Of a stretch of 64,000 nt of DNA, positions 40,963-52,303 are shown one piece after another. The notes under the pieces were generated by a model that saw only the letters and a list, made by a program, of their open reading frames with translations, did not search any database and had not been told where the DNA came from. The stretch spans positions 160,001-224,000 of the forward strand of contig CAVPXI010000004.1 of assembly GCA_963709585.1 (NCBI GenBank), given 5' to 3'. This DNA comes from Candidatus Dormiibacterota bacterium (GTDB lineage Bacteria; Chloroflexota; Dormibacteria; Aeolococcales; Aeolococcaceae). Each line of letters starts with the position of its first letter. Position 1 is the first letter of the stretch. Both the position numbers and the translations under genes were made by a program.

Positions 40963-41862
40963 GTGCCCGGATTCCTTTCACCGATCATCGAGCCAGGCTT
41001 CTTCTCCAACCTGCCGGTGCAGACCGCTCTTGTGGTGGGTGGAGTGGTCGCTGTCGTATCCGGCATCGTCGGCACCTTCACGGTCATGCGTGGCCAGTCA
41101 TTCGCCGGTCACTCGCTGGCCGACATCGGCACCGCGGGTGGGTCGGCGGCGTTCGTGCTCGGGATCAGCCCACTGTTCGGGTACGTCGCGATGAACCTGA
41201 TGGCTGCGGGGGTGATGGAGTGGATCGGGATCCGGCGGCCGCGGGGACGTGACCTTGCGACTGGAATCGTGCTCGGCGCGGCGCTCGGGCTCGCCGCGCT
41301 GTTCCTCTACCTGGACACGACGGGGTCGAGCACCACCGGGGCGACGGTCAACGTTCTGTTCGGGTCGATCTTCACCCTGCCCGCATCCATGGTCCCGGTC
41401 ATCGCGATCTTCAGCGTCGTCGCCGCCGGCATCGTGCTCGCGATGTACCGCCCGCTGATCCTGAGCTCAATCAGCTCCGATCTCGCCACGGCTCAGGGCG
41501 TTCGGGTTCGCCTGGTCGGTATCGGCTATCTCATCGCGCTCGCGTTGGCGGTGTCGCTTTCCGCGGTCACCATCGGCGCCATCCTGTCGACCGCCCTGCT
41601 GATCGGACCCGCGGCAACCGCGCTGCGCATCACCAACCGGACGGGTCGCGCCGCGGTGATCGCGGCCGGCATCGGGGTCATCGCGACCTGGCTCGGCGTG
41701 CTCCTCGCTTACGACAGCTACTACTGGTTCCCAAGCGGGGGTGGCTGGCCGGTGAGCTTTTTCGTCGTCACCCTGATCTTCCTCGGGTATCTCGTTTCGC
41801 AGCTTCGGTTTCGCGGACGCTCCGTTGCAGTACGCCGCTCGACCGCCGCGCAGGCAGGCTGA
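40963..41862 (+). CDS. Metal ABC transporter permease (ABC-3)
   Basis: RGQSFAGHSLAD, LFGSI, ALLIGPAATA. Confidence 0.9.
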   Translation: MPGFLSPIIEPGFFSNLPVQTALVVGGVVAVVSGIVGTFTVMRGQSFAGHSLADIGTAGGSAAFVLGISPLFGYVAMNLMAAGVMEWIGIRRPRGRDLATGIVLGAALGLAALFLYLDTTGSSTTGATVNVLFGSIFTLPASMVPVIAIFSVVAAGIVLAMYRPLILSSISSDLATAQGVRVRLVGIGYLIALALAVSLSAVTIGAILSTALLIGPAATALRITNRTGRAAVIAAGIGVIATWLGVLLAYDSYYWFPSGGGWPVSFFVVTLIFLGYLVSQLRFRGRSVAVRRSTAAQAG

Positions 41863-42710
41863 TGTTCTCGGACCTGATGCTCAACGCCTGGGGGTCGGCG
41901 TCGATCGTCGCCATCGTCGCGGGCGTGGTCGGGTTCTTCATCGTCCTGCGCGGGTCCGCGTTTGCGGCGCACGCGCTACCCAACGGAGCGTTTGCCGGCG
42001 CGGCAGGGGCGAGCCTCATCGGCGTCGATGCGATCGTCGGGCTCGCGGTGTTCTCCGTGCTCGGGGCGCTGACCATCGCCGGCCTCGGGCGGCGGGCTCG
42101 CCACGACGTCGCCACCGCACTTGTCATCGTGTTGATGCTCGGCCTGGGATCGCTCTTCCTGTCGATGACCACCGAGTACGCGCCGGTGATCTTCTCGCTG
42201 CTCTTCGGCGAGGTGCTGGGTGTGAGCAGCAGCGAACTCATTCCCATCGCAGTGATCGGTGTGATCTGCATCGCCGCGATGTTTCTGGTGTATCGACCCC
42301 TGATGTTGTCCTCGGTGATGCCCGATGTTGCAGAGGCACGCGGCGTCGGCAGCGGTCGCATGGAGGTCATATTCCTTCTCGTCGTCGCGCTGACGACCAC
42401 GATGGCGGTCCCGGTCGTCGGCGCGCTGCTCATCTTCAGCCTGCTCATCAGTCCAGCTGCCGCCGCCCGGTCGTTCACGAACAAGCCGTTGACGGCCATC
42501 AGCCTGTCGGTGCTGATCGCGCTGGGCACGGTGTGGTCGGCCATCGCGCTGGCGTATCTGTCCAACCTTCCGATCGGGTTCTTCGTCGGCTCCATCGGTG
42601 CGGGGACGTACGCCGCGGGCAGGGTGTGGGCAGCGTCGCGGCGAAACCGGCATTCGTCACCGCGCGTGGGATCCACAGGACGCCGGACCGTCGGCGCCGA
42701 GAGTGGATAG
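41862..42710 (+). CDS. Metal ABC transporter permease (ABC-3), second subunit
   Basis: RGSAFAAHAL, LLFGEVLG, VGALLIFSLLISPAAAA. Confidence 0.9.
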   Translation: MFSDLMLNAWGSASIVAIVAGVVGFFIVLRGSAFAAHALPNGAFAGAAGASLIGVDAIVGLAVFSVLGALTIAGLGRRARHDVATALVIVLMLGLGSLFLSMTTEYAPVIFSLLFGEVLGVSSSELIPIAVIGVICIAAMFLVYRPLMLSSVMPDVAEARGVGSGRMEVIFLLVVALTTTMAVPVVGALLIFSLLISPAAAARSFTNKPLTAISLSVLIALGTVWSAIALAYLSNLPIGFFVGSIGAGTYAAGRVWAASRRNRHSSPRVGSTGRRTVGAESG

Positions 42711-42750
42711 CCCCGGACCGTCGATCAGGCGTCGCGGGTAAGATCTGCCC

Positions 42751-44031
42751 GTGCGACAGCGGCCCCGCGCCGAGCGTTCCCGTCCCTTCGGATTGATCGG
42801 CGCGCTGATCCTCGCGGTGCTGGCCGCGGCATGCGCAACCGTCGCGGCATCCGGGCCGGTGCCGTTCCGCGTCGGGGCGATCTTTCCGCTCTCCGGAAGC
42901 ACGGCTCCGGGCTCGACCGACGAGTATCTCGGCGCGACCCTTGCGGCGCAGATGGTCAACGCCCAGGGCGGCGTCGCCGGCCATCCGATCTCGCTCGACC
43001 TGCGTGACGTCGAGGACCAGAGCCAGATCCCCGCCGCGGTGTCAAGTCTTCACGCTGATGGAGTTCCTGTCGTGATTGGCGCATACTCGTCGCAGCTCTC
43101 AATTCCCGCCGCGGCGGCAGTGTCGGCGGCGGGGATGGTGTACTGGGAGACGGGCGCGGTCGCCGACCGGGTGACCGGCCAGGGGTCGCCGCTGGTGTTC
43201 CGTGTCGGCGTCAACGGCGCCGAGCTCGGCAGCAACTCCGGGACGTTCATGCTCCAGGAATTGGTGCCGCGGATGGGCATCCCCATCAACAAGATTCGCG
43301 TCTCATTCGTCACCGCGGACGACAACTACGGTCATTCGGTCGCGGATGCCACTCGCGCCGCGCTCGAAGCCGGTGGGATGAGCATAAGCGGCGAATCGAT
43401 CTACAACCCCTACACACCCGACTGGGCCCCCGTAATGCGCGCGCTCGCCGCCGAGAAGCCCGACATCCTCGTGCTCTCGTCGCACATCCAGGACGGCATC
43501 GCTTTTCGGCGGGCGTTCCTCGCCGCCGGCCTTCAGGTCAAGGTGTTCATGGGCACGACCATGGCGCAGTGCGACCAGGACTTCGGCAACGTGCTCGGCT
43601 CGGCGGCGGTCGGTGTCTTCGCGTCGGATCGTCCCCAGGGCGACTTCAACCCGGGCGCCCTCGATCCGCAGGCGCGGGGGCTCTACAACCGGTTCGCGGC
43701 CCTGTGGAAGCAGCGCACCGGCGCGGCCGCTCCGGACGAGGAGGGGATCGCCGGCTTCAGCGCCGCCTGGGTGCTCTTCGCCGAGGTCCTCGGACGGGCC
43801 GGCGATGTCAGCGCCGGGAGCGTCGCCGCGGCGGCGCGAGCACTCGACCTCCCCAGCGGCAGCCTCCCCAACGGCGGCGGCGTGCTGTTCTCGACCGCCC
43901 GCGATCAGCTCGGCCAGAACACCCGGGCTGCGGCGGTGGTGTGGCAGTGGCAGGCGCCCCGGCACAGCGTCGTGGTCTGGCCACCGGTCTACGCGACCGG
44001 TCAGGTCAAGCTTTCGCTCTCCTCCGGGTGA
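42751..44031 (+). CDS. Orphan periplasmic-binding protein type 1 (LivK-like) lipoprotein
   Basis: LAAAC lipobox, RVGAIFPLSG, VNAQGGVAG, VIGAYSS, VVWQWQ..VVWP. Confidence 0.85.
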   Translation: MRQRPRAERSRPFGLIGALILAVLAAACATVAASGPVPFRVGAIFPLSGSTAPGSTDEYLGATLAAQMVNAQGGVAGHPISLDLRDVEDQSQIPAAVSSLHADGVPVVIGAYSSQLSIPAAAAVSAAGMVYWETGAVADRVTGQGSPLVFRVGVNGAELGSNSGTFMLQELVPRMGIPINKIRVSFVTADDNYGHSVADATRAALEAGGMSISGESIYNPYTPDWAPVMRALAAEKPDILVLSSHIQDGIAFRRAFLAAGLQVKVFMGTTMAQCDQDFGNVLGSAAVGVFASDRPQGDFNPGALDPQARGLYNRFAALWKQRTGAAAPDEEGIAGFSAAWVLFAEVLGRAGDVSAGSVAAAARALDLPSGSLPNGGGVLFSTARDQLGQNTRAAAVVWQWQAPRHSVVVWPPVYATGQVKLSLSSG

Positions 44032-44064
44032 TTGGCTGAAGCCGGATCGAGGCATACTCGAACC

Positions 44065-44544
44065 ATGGAAACAGCGACGTTCGGCGCAGGATGCTTCTGG
44101 GGTGTGGAATCGGTCTTTGAACAGGTCGACGGGGTCACCGCGACCAAGGTCGGGTACACGGGTGGCTTCACCCAGGCGCCCACGTATGAGGACGTGTGCT
44201 CACACCGCACCGGGCACGCCGAGGCGGTCGAGATCACCTTCGACCCCGCTCGGGTGAGCTACGACACGCTGCTCGACATCTTCTGGATGAACCACGACCC
44301 GACGCAGTTGAACCGCCAGGGTCCGGATGTCGGTGACAGCTACCGAACGGCGATCTTCTTTCACTCACCGGAGCAGGAGGCCGCCGCGATTGCGTCGAAG
44401 AAGCGGCTCGAGGAGTCGGGCCAGTACCGCCGCCCGATCGTCACGGAGATCGTTCCCGCGGCGCGGTTCTGGGACGCCGAGGAGTACCACCAGAAGTATT
44501 TTTCCCGGCGCGGTATCGCCGCGACCTGCAACATCCCAGCCTAG
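44065..44544 (+). CDS. msrA: Peptide-methionine (S)-S-oxide reductase
   Basis: [32 protein letters not shown]. Confidence 0.97.
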   Translation: METATFGAGCFWGVESVFEQVDGVTATKVGYTGGFTQAPTYEDVCSHRTGHAEAVEITFDPARVSYDTLLDIFWMNHDPTQLNRQGPDVGDSYRTAIFFHSPEQEAAAIASKKRLEESGQYRRPIVTEIVPAARFWDAEEYHQKYFSRRGIAATCNIPA

Positions 44545-46586
44545 CGCACGGTTCCGTCGCGGAGCACCGCCAGCACGGATTCCCCGTAGCGGTCGAGCTT
44601 CGCCGGACCCACCCCCGGGATGCCGGCCAGGGCCCCGGCGGACGTCGGACGGCGCTCGGCCATCTCGGCGAGGGTCCGGTCGTGAAAGACCACGTAGGGC
44701 GGGACCTCCGCCTGCCGCGCAATCTCGAGCCTCCAGGTCCGCAACGCTTCGAAGCGCGCCGCGACCTCCGGCGTCATCGCGAGCGCGGGTGCGCCCCCGG
44801 TCGCGCGAGTGCGCCGGCCGCTAGCACGCTTGGGTTGCGACGCACGCACGTCGACATCAAGGGCTTCCTCGCCGCGTAGCACCGACGTCCCCCGAGGCGT
44901 GATCCTCAGCGTCGGCTTCTCGCCGTGGCCGCGGCTGATACAGCCCAGCTCGACGAGTCGTTCGAGCAGCTCGCGGATTGCCTCCAGGTCCCAACCGCGG
45001 AGTGCGCCGAACCATCGGAGCTCGGCGACCCAGGGACGCGACGCCGTCCACGCGTCGACGGAGCCGCGCAGGATCGAGGCGATTCGAACACCACCGAGGT
45101 GGTCATCGAACCGCGCCACGCTGGCGAGCGCCGCATTCACATCGGCGGGGTCGACGGCCGCGTACGGCGCGCGGTTGCTGTCGAGACAGTTGTCGCACGC
45201 CATGCACCTCCGAGCGACGCCCTGCTCGCCGAAATAGTCGGCGATGCGCGCATGCCGGCAGGTGCGTGAGCCCGCGTACTCCATGACCTGGTTCACCCGC
45301 GCGTAAGCGTTGGCCTTGAGCAGCGCCTGCTCTTCGAAGTCGACGGGCGCTCCGGTCAGGCGTCGAATCCCGCCGTCCGGCTGGATCACCTCGGCGCGGC
45401 GCAACAGGTCGAGCGCGGCTCGTGCTCCGTTGATCGGGATGCCCCGCGCCTGCCAGTCGTCGATCGCGTCGCTCCCCTCACGGAGCAATTCGCGGTACAC
45501 GGCGCGGACCGCGTCGCGCTCGGGGTAGGCGTGCTCGATGAAGAACTCCTGCAGCTGGCGGTCGGCGGGGCTGTAGAGCAGGATGCACTCGGATGGTTCG
45601 CCATCACGGCCGGCGCGACCGGCCTGCTGGTAGTACTCCTCGAGGCTTCCGGGGAAGTCGTGATGGATCACCCGGCGGATGTCCGGGAAGTCGACGCCCA
45701 TGCCGAACGCCGAGGTGGCGACGATCGCCTGCAGACGGCCCGCGGCGAAGCCCTCGTGCACGAGCTGTCGCGCGTCCCCGTCGACGGCGCCGTGATACGA
45801 GGCGACCGCGACCCCGGCACCGGCGAGCAGCTCGGTGATCTCGTCGGTGGATCGCCTGCTCCCGCAGTACACGAGCGCGCGGCCCCTGCCCGGTTGCACG
45901 AGGCCCAACAGGGCGTCGCGCTTGTCGGCCGCGCCGCGGCAGCGGATGACCGACATGGTCAGGTTGTCGCGGACGAACCCGGTGATCCGCTCGACGGCTG
46001 CTCGCAGGCCGAGACTTGCCGCGATGTCCTCGCGGACCCGCGGGGTCGCCGTCGCCGTGAAGGCGCCGACCGGCGGGCGGCCGCACGCCGCGATGGCGTC
46101 GCCAAGGCGTCGGTAATCGGGGCGGAAGTCGTGGCCCCAGCTCGAGATGCAGTGCGCCTCGTCGACGACGAAGCGATCGACGGACAACCTGCCGAGGTTG
46201 TCGAGGAAGCCGGGGGCGCCGAGACGCTCCGGGGCGAGGTACAGGAATCGAAGCTCGCCGTCCGCCGCGGCTCGCAGTGACTCGGCCCGGTTTGCCGCGC
46301 TGACCTGACTGTGCACGCAGGCGGCGGGAACACCGAGCGCGTTGAGGCGCGCGACCTGGTCGACCATCAGTGCGATCAGCGGCGACACCACGAGGGTGAG
46401 ACCGCCGCCGGCGATTCCCGGGACCCAGTAGGCGATGCTCTTCCCGGAGCCGGTCGGCGCCACGAAGAGCACGTCCGCGCGCGCCTCCGATGCGGCGACG
46501 ACGTCGGCCTGCCCGGGTCGGAACTCCGCGAATCCGAAGGTCTGCTCGAGGACCGCGCGAGCCCGAGGCGAGGGCTCGAGCGGCAT
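44541..46586 (-). CDS. recQ: RecQ-family ATP-dependent DNA helicase with RQC and HRDC domains
   Basis: [60 protein letters not shown]. Confidence 0.93.
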   Translation of the reverse strand: MPLEPSPRARAVLEQTFGFAEFRPGQADVVAASEARADVLFVAPTGSGKSIAYWVPGIAGGGLTLVVSPLIALMVDQVARLNALGVPAACVHSQVSAANRAESLRAAADGELRFLYLAPERLGAPGFLDNLGRLSVDRFVVDEAHCISSWGHDFRPDYRRLGDAIAACGRPPVGAFTATATPRVREDIAASLGLRAAVERITGFVRDNLTMSVIRCRGAADKRDALLGLVQPGRGRALVYCGSRRSTDEITELLAGAGVAVASYHGAVDGDARQLVHEGFAAGRLQAIVATSAFGMGVDFPDIRRVIHHDFPGSLEEYYQQAGRAGRDGEPSECILLYSPADRQLQEFFIEHAYPERDAVRAVYRELLREGSDAIDDWQARGIPINGARAALDLLRRAEVIQPDGGIRRLTGAPVDFEEQALLKANAYARVNQVMEYAGSRTCRHARIADYFGEQGVARRCMACDNCLDSNRAPYAAVDPADVNAALASVARFDDHLGGVRIASILRGSVDAWTASRPWVAELRWFGALRGWDLEAIRELLERLVELGCISRGHGEKPTLRITPRGTSVLRGEEALDVDVRASQPKRASGRRTRATGGAPALAMTPEVAARFEALRTWRLEIARQAEVPPYVVFHDRTLAEMAERRPTSAGALAGIPGVGPAKLDRYGESVLAVLRDGTVR

Positions 46587-46988
46587 CAGCTCGCCGACTT
46601 CTCCAGCTTGAGCGCGCAGGAGTTCATGCAGTAGCGCTGGCCGGTGGGCGCCGGGCCGTCGGGGAAGACATGTCCGAGGTGCCCGCCGCACTTGGCGCAG
46701 CGGATCTCGGTGCGCGGGATGAGCATGCTCCAGTCCCGATGCTCCTCGACCGCCGTCTCATTCAGCGGGGCAAAGAAGCTCGGCCAGCCGGTCCCCGAGT
46801 TCGAACTTGGTGTCGGAGCCGAACAGCTCGGCGCCGCAGCCCGCGCACGTGTACACGCCCTTGTCATCCACGTGCACGTACTGCCCCGTGAATGGGCGCT
46901 CGGTGCTCGCCTTGCGGAGCACGGAGTACTGCTCAGGCGTCAGGCGCTGACGCCACTCGTCGTCGGTGAGGGTGATCTTCTCGTCCAT
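46586..46988 (-). CDS. msrB: Peptide-methionine (R)-S-oxide reductase, frameshifted near 46795
   Basis: TERPFTG, CAGCG, then [27 protein letters not shown]. Confidence 0.95.
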
Positions 46989-46993
46989 GATGC

Positions 46994-47992
46994 TCAGGTT
47001 TTACCCCGTTTCGCGGGACTCGACGCATACAGTGCCGCGGCCGCGGCATGAGTCTCCGCCATGTGCCGACGCAGCGACGCCGGTTCGAGCACCTCGACGT
47101 TGGCGCCCCACCGCAGCAACCATGGGCGCATCTCAACCTCGCCGGCAACGTCGAGCCGCACCTCGATCCCGCCGCCGGGCAGGTCTGTCCGTCTGGCACG
47201 GGCGGGCCATGGGGTCTCATCGACCCACTGACGCGCCTCGGGTGAGAAACGCAGCACCACCCGGTCGGCGCCGGCGCCCTGCCAGATGGCCCACGAGGCA
47301 CCGAGCACTATGTCGATGTCGAAGTCGGCCGGGACCGAGAACGTTGTCGGCAGCAGGCGCGCCGACCGGATACGGTCGAGCCGGAACGAGCGAACCTCGC
47401 GGGACACGGAGTCGCGCGCGAAGACGTAGATGTGCCGCCCCTCTGCGGTCGGCTGGATGAAAAACGGACGAAGATCGCGACGGGTCTCATTGCCCTTGGC
47501 GTCGACGTAGCGAACCTCGATCTCGCGGTGGCTGACGAAGCCGTCGATCACGGTGCGTTCGACCTTGAGCCGCTCGGTGTCAGCCGGCTGGCGCTCGGCG
47601 GCGATAAGGGTCCGGCGCAGGTATTCGCTCACGACCGGCACGCTCAACGCGCGCGAGAGGTGGGCGAGCGCGCCGACCAGCGCGGGATCCTGCTCGGTGC
47701 GCACCTGCTGGAGCAGGCGCACGGCCACAAGGAGCAACGTGGCCTGGTAGTGGTCGAGCTGCAACGGGGGCAGCAGGCTGCCCTTGCCGATCCGCCAGCG
47801 ACCTCCGGTCTCCTCGACGTCGATGCCGGCGCTGTCGCGAAGGGTGGCGACGTAGCGTTGCACCGTGCGCGGGTTGACCTCGAGCTCGTCGGCGAGTTGA
47901 TTGGTGGTCAGCCCGACCTCGGTTTCACAGAGGCGTGCGAACAGCTTGATGACGCGGAGTTGCTTTTCTCCCTTTTCGTACACGCGTGGCAC
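46994..47992 (-). CDS. HTH-WYL-WCX transcriptional regulator (YafY/PafC/DriD-like)
   Basis: [18 protein letters not shown]; [27 protein letters not shown]; [17 protein letters not shown]. Confidence 0.92.
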   Translation of the reverse strand: MPRVYEKGEKQLRVIKLFARLCETEVGLTTNQLADELEVNPRTVQRYVATLRDSAGIDVEETGGRWRIGKGSLLPPLQLDHYQATLLLVAVRLLQQVRTEQDPALVGALAHLSRALSVPVVSEYLRRTLIAAERQPADTERLKVERTVIDGFVSHREIEVRYVDAKGNETRRDLRPFFIQPTAEGRHIYVFARDSVSREVRSFRLDRIRSARLLPTTFSVPADFDIDIVLGASWAIWQGAGADRVVLRFSPEARQWVDETPWPARARRTDLPGGGIEVRLDVAGEVEMRPWLLRWGANVEVLEPASLRRHMAETHAAAAALYASSPAKRGKT

Positions 47993-48001
47993 ATGACGAG
48001 C

Positions 48002-48531
48002 CTAGCGATTTGCCGGGGCCGCGGACTCGATGTCGAGTGTGTAGCTGAGCAGCACCATCCCGTCCGGTCGTGCCTGCGGGCTGGTGGGCGCGAAACCAAG
48101 GCTTGCATACAGCTGCTGCGCCGCCGTCATGACCGGGTCGGTGTCCAACGTCATGACCTGCTTGCCGTGGGCCCTCGCCGCATCGATGCACGCCAACATG
48201 AGGCGGCGAGCAATCCCCCGTCCACGATGGTCCGGGCTCACCCCGAGCATACGGACATGCGCCTCGTCTGGCGCCAGGGGGTCGGCCACCCCGGGGCTGA
48301 TTCGCGAGTTCGAGCTCCAGGGTTACCGATCCCGCGATGACGCCATTTTCCACCGCCACCAACACGATGGCCCGGCCGGCCCGGCTTCCCACGTCGGCGA
48401 TTCTCGCCAGGTACGCCTCCCAGCCGGGCGAGTCAGGCGTCAGAAACTCGCGGAAGGCGCGCACGGTCGAACTCGCCTGCGGCCTCGTACTCGAACTCGC
48501 GGATCGGGCGGATCTCGATCTCGTCAGGCAC
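48002..48531 (-). CDS. GNAT N-acetyltransferase (frameshifts near 48465 and 48295)
   Basis: IEIRPIREFEYEAAG, YLARIADV, VRMLGVSPDHRGRGIAR, AQQLYASLGF. Confidence 0.85.
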
Positions 48532-48545
48532 TGAGAAAACCCTAC

Positions 48546-48579
48546 GCGACAGACATCTGTCGCCGGAGCCGCTCATGGT
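48546..48579 (+). promoter_or_regulatory. Perfect palindrome (candidate WYL operator) plus -10 element, in PafBC-like geometry
   Basis: GCGACAGA-CA-TCTGTCGC (48546-48563); TGTCGC-N10-CATGGT, followed by 6 nt and ATG 48586. Confidence 0.68.
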
Positions 48580-48585
48580 TGCGGC

Positions 48586-48837
48586 ATGGATACGGACACA
48601 GCGGCGCCGATCGACACCGCGGCCGCCGGCGACGGGCCCTACCTTCGGCGCGCCCAGGAGTTGGTGGCCGCGAGAGGGGATCTCTTCCTGGCCGGGCCGG
48701 GACGCTCGGTGCGGCTCGCCGCTGTCAGCGGCCCGCCGCGGGACCGGGCGGCCTCGAAGCTCCGGCAGGCGAGCCGGCAGCTCACGCTGCCCATGCCGCG
48801 CCAACCCACGCGCCGGCGGCCCAGGATGGTGCGCTGA
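48586..48837 (+). CDS. Small hypothetical protein (83 aa) with a C-terminal QLTLP motif
   Basis: Leaderless position after the -10 element; TGATG coupling to the nuclease-helicase gene. Confidence 0.6.
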   Translation: MDTDTAAPIDTAAAGDGPYLRRAQELVAARGDLFLAGPGRSVRLAAVSGPPRDRAASKLRQASRQLTLPMPRQPTRRRPRMVR

Positions 48838-51800
48838 TGCGATACCTCGAGGACGGCTGTCCCGTGTACACGGCCACGGACCTCTGCGACTACCTCGCGT
48901 GCGGGCACCTGGTCGCGCTCAAGCGGCGCATCGCTGCCGGCGAGCCGATCAAGCATGACCGGACCGCGCTCAGCGAGGTGCTCGCGAATCTGGGTGCGGA
49001 GCACGAGCAGCGCTATCTCGACGCGCTTCGGGCACGGGGCTTGACCGTCAAGGCGTTCGAGGACGACCGCGACCGCTACGCGAGTACCGCCGGCGAACTC
49101 CGCGCTCTTGAGGCCGAGACCGTCGAGGCGATGGCTCAGGGTTTCGAGGTCATCTATCAGCCCACCTTCTTCGACGGGCGCTGGATGGGTCGCGCCGACT
49201 TCCTGCTTCGAGTTCGAGACGCCGAGCGCCCGGTGGCCGTGGGCGTACGAGGCGGCTGACGCGAAGCTCGCCCGCCGCGTGCGTTCTGAGGCGATCCTCC
49301 AGCTCTGTGAGTACTCGGCGCACCTGGAGCGGCTCCAGGGGACGCCGCCCGCGCTGATGCAGCTGATTCTCGGTGACGGCGTCGAGCATGCATATCGGAT
49401 CGATGAGTTCTCCGCGTACCACGCAGCCGTGAAGCGGGACTTCGAGGTGGCGATGCTCGCCGAGCTCGGCAGCACGTACCCCGACCCGGTCGAGCACTGC
49501 AACACGTGTGGATTCGCCGCGCGCTGTGCAGCTCAGCGAAAACAGGACGATCATCTTTCCCAGGTCGCGCGCATGCGGTCGGGTCAGGTGCTCGCGCTGA
49601 AATCCGTCGGCATCGCCACCATGACCGCGCTCGCTCAGGTTTCCGCCGACGTCGAGCCTCCGGCACGTATGAGCCCGACCTCCTTCGGCGACCTGCGCGC
49701 CCAGGCGGCGTTGCAGCACACGGGTCCTCACGCTGACGGGGCGCCGCGACACGAGTTGCTCGATGCATGGGAGGTCGGACATGGTCTGTGTGCGCTTCCG
49801 AGTCCGTCACCAGGCGATCTCTTCTTCGACATGGAGGGCGACGGCCTCGCACGCGACGTGCCGCTGGAGTACCTCTTCGGTGCGGTCGACATGCACGGCG
49901 TGTATCGAGCGTGGTGGGGCCACGACGACGCCGGCGAGCGACGTGCGTTCGAGGGGTTCGTCGACCACGCCATCGCGCAACTCGAACGTTATCCGGACAT
50001 GCACATTTACCACTACGCCGCGTACGAGAAGACCGCACTCCGCCGGCTGATGAGCCGCCACGGCACCCGCGAGGAGGAGGTCGACCGCCTGCTCCGCAAC
50101 GAGGTGCTCGTCGACCTCTATCGCGTGGTGCGACAGGGAGTGCGGCTGTCCACCAACTCGTACTCGCTGAAGAAGGTCGAGCGGCTGTACATGCCGGCAC
50201 GCGAGGAGTCGATCGCGGACGCAGCGGGAAGCATGGTGATGTACGAGCGCTGGCTGAACAGCAGCCGCGATGGGGGCGATGGGGACGCCGCGCTCCTCGA
50301 CGAGATCGCGATCTACAACGAGCGCGACTGCATCTCGACCGCGCAATTGCGCGACTGGCTCGAGGCGCGTCGCATCGAGGAGGAGAGGCTTCGCGGCGCG
50401 CCCATCGAGCGTCCGGCGGTCGTCGAGCGCGACGTCAGTGAGGCCCTCGGCGCAAAGATCGTCGCGACCCAGGAGGTCGCGGCCGCACTGGTCGACAATG
50501 CCCCCCCGGACCCGGACCTGCAGACGGACGCCGAACGAGCGAGGTGGTTGCTGGCGCCGCTTCTGTCGTATCACCGGCGCGAGAACAAGGTCAATTGGTG
50601 GCGTCACTACGACCAGCTGGCGATGAGCCCGGAGGAGCTCGAGCGCGACACGTACGCGCTCGGTCCGCTCGAGATGATCGGCGCGCATGAGGAGGGCCGT
50701 CGCACCATCGAGCGGTACCGGTTCGAACCCCAGGAACACCGCGTCGGCCTCGGCGACATTCCGCTCGATCCTGAAACCGACGCGCGCTGGGCACCCGTCG
50801 CCGGGGAGGTGACCGAGCTCGAACTCGGCACGAGGAACAATCACACTGTCGCGCACTCCCGGTCAGGCAGAGCGCGGAGCCGTCCGCTTTCTGATCCAGA
50901 CGACACCGTTCGCGACCGATGCGCAGGAGGCGGCGCTCCTCGACCTCGGCCGCTGGGTCGTCGCCAACGGCCCGGATGCCGGCGGGCCCAATCGCGCCGG
51001 ACGCGACCTGCTGCTTCGGCTGCCGCCGCGCCTGCGTGACGGCACCGATTGCGTGCTCCGGGGCGCAGGGGAGACGGCATCCGAGGCTGCGATACGACTG
51101 ATCCTCGGCCTGCGGCGTGGATGCCTCCCGGTCCAGGGTCCGCCCGGAGCCGGGAAAACGCACATGGCCGCGCTGGCGGCACTCCGGCTCATTGCGAGGG
51201 GGCGCACACCGGTTGGTGTCACCGCCGTCACGCACAACGCGATTCGCACCCTGCTGGCGAAGATCGAGGAGCTGGCCCCCTCGCTTGGCATGACCGTGCG
51301 CATGCAACACCGCAAAGGGGACGGAACCGGTTCCGCCGCGATCCAGGTTGTCCGCAGCAACGAGATGGTCGAGGCGGCGGTCGTGGACGGCACCGTCGAC
51401 GTCGTCGGCGGAACCTCGTGGCTCTTCTCTCGCCCGGAGTTCGAGGCGGGTTTCGACACGCTCATCGTCGACGAGGCCGGCCAGATGTCACTCGCGGACA
51501 CGCTCGCGGTCTCGCGCGCCGCCCGCAATCTCGTCCTGGTGGGCGATCCGCGACAGCTCGCCCAACCGCTCCAGGGGAGCCACCCACCGGGCGTCGGGGT
51601 TTCCGCGCTCGACCATCTGCTCGGTGACGACGTCACCATCGCTCCCGACCGCGGCGTGCTGCTCGACCTCACCTGGCGAATGCATCCCGACGTGAGTGCT
51701 TTCGTATCGCGTTCCTTCTACGAGGGACGGCTGGGCTCGGAACCGCGATGCGCGAGCCAGGCGGTCGTCATCGACGGTGCCGCGATCACGGGCCTGCGGA

Positions 51801-52303
51801 CGGTGTTTGTGGAGCATCAAGGCGATCGCGTTCGGTCCGATGCGGAGGCGGGGCGTGTCGGCGACGTCATCGACCAGCTCATCCGATCCGCGTGGCGGGA
51901 CGACCGAGGCCATATGCGTGCGCTGTCGCTCGACGACATCGTAGTCGTCGCACCGTACAACGCGCAGGTCGCGTGTCTTCTCGAGTCGCTGCCGCCGGGT
52001 GCGAGAGTGGGCACCGTCGATCGCTTCCAGGGGCAGGAAGCCGCGGTCAGCATCTTCTCGATGGCGACGTCGAGCGTCGAAGACCTGCCGCGCAATCTCG
52101 AATTCCTGTTCAGCCTCAACCGCCTCAACGTGGCAGTGTCGCGAGCGCGCGGGCTCTCGATCCTGGTCTGCTCGCCCGAACTGCTCCGTGCTCGTTGCCG
52201 TACGCCGGAGCAGATGCAACTCGTCAATGCGCTATGCCGCTTTGTGGAGATGGCAGAGCCGTGGATCACCGCGCCGGTGGGCGCGATCATGCTGCCGGTA
52301 TGA
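48837..52303 (+). CDS. TM0106-family RecB-like nuclease / RNase H-like / DNA2-NAM7 (SF1) helicase fusion (frameshifts near 49215 and 50835)
   Basis: TATDL..YLACGH, GRADFL, YEAADAKLAR, LQLCEY, HCNTC..C; FFDMEG, HIYHYAAYE, SYSLKKVE, YNERDC; GPPGAGKT, IVDEAGQ, TVDRFQGQE, NRLNVAVSRAR. Confidence 0.9.

Noticed and set aside
48837-49560. Cas4-like nuclease domain as evidence of CRISPR-Cas
   Set aside because: There is no repeat array and no other cas gene. The domain is the N-terminus of a TM0106-type fusion.
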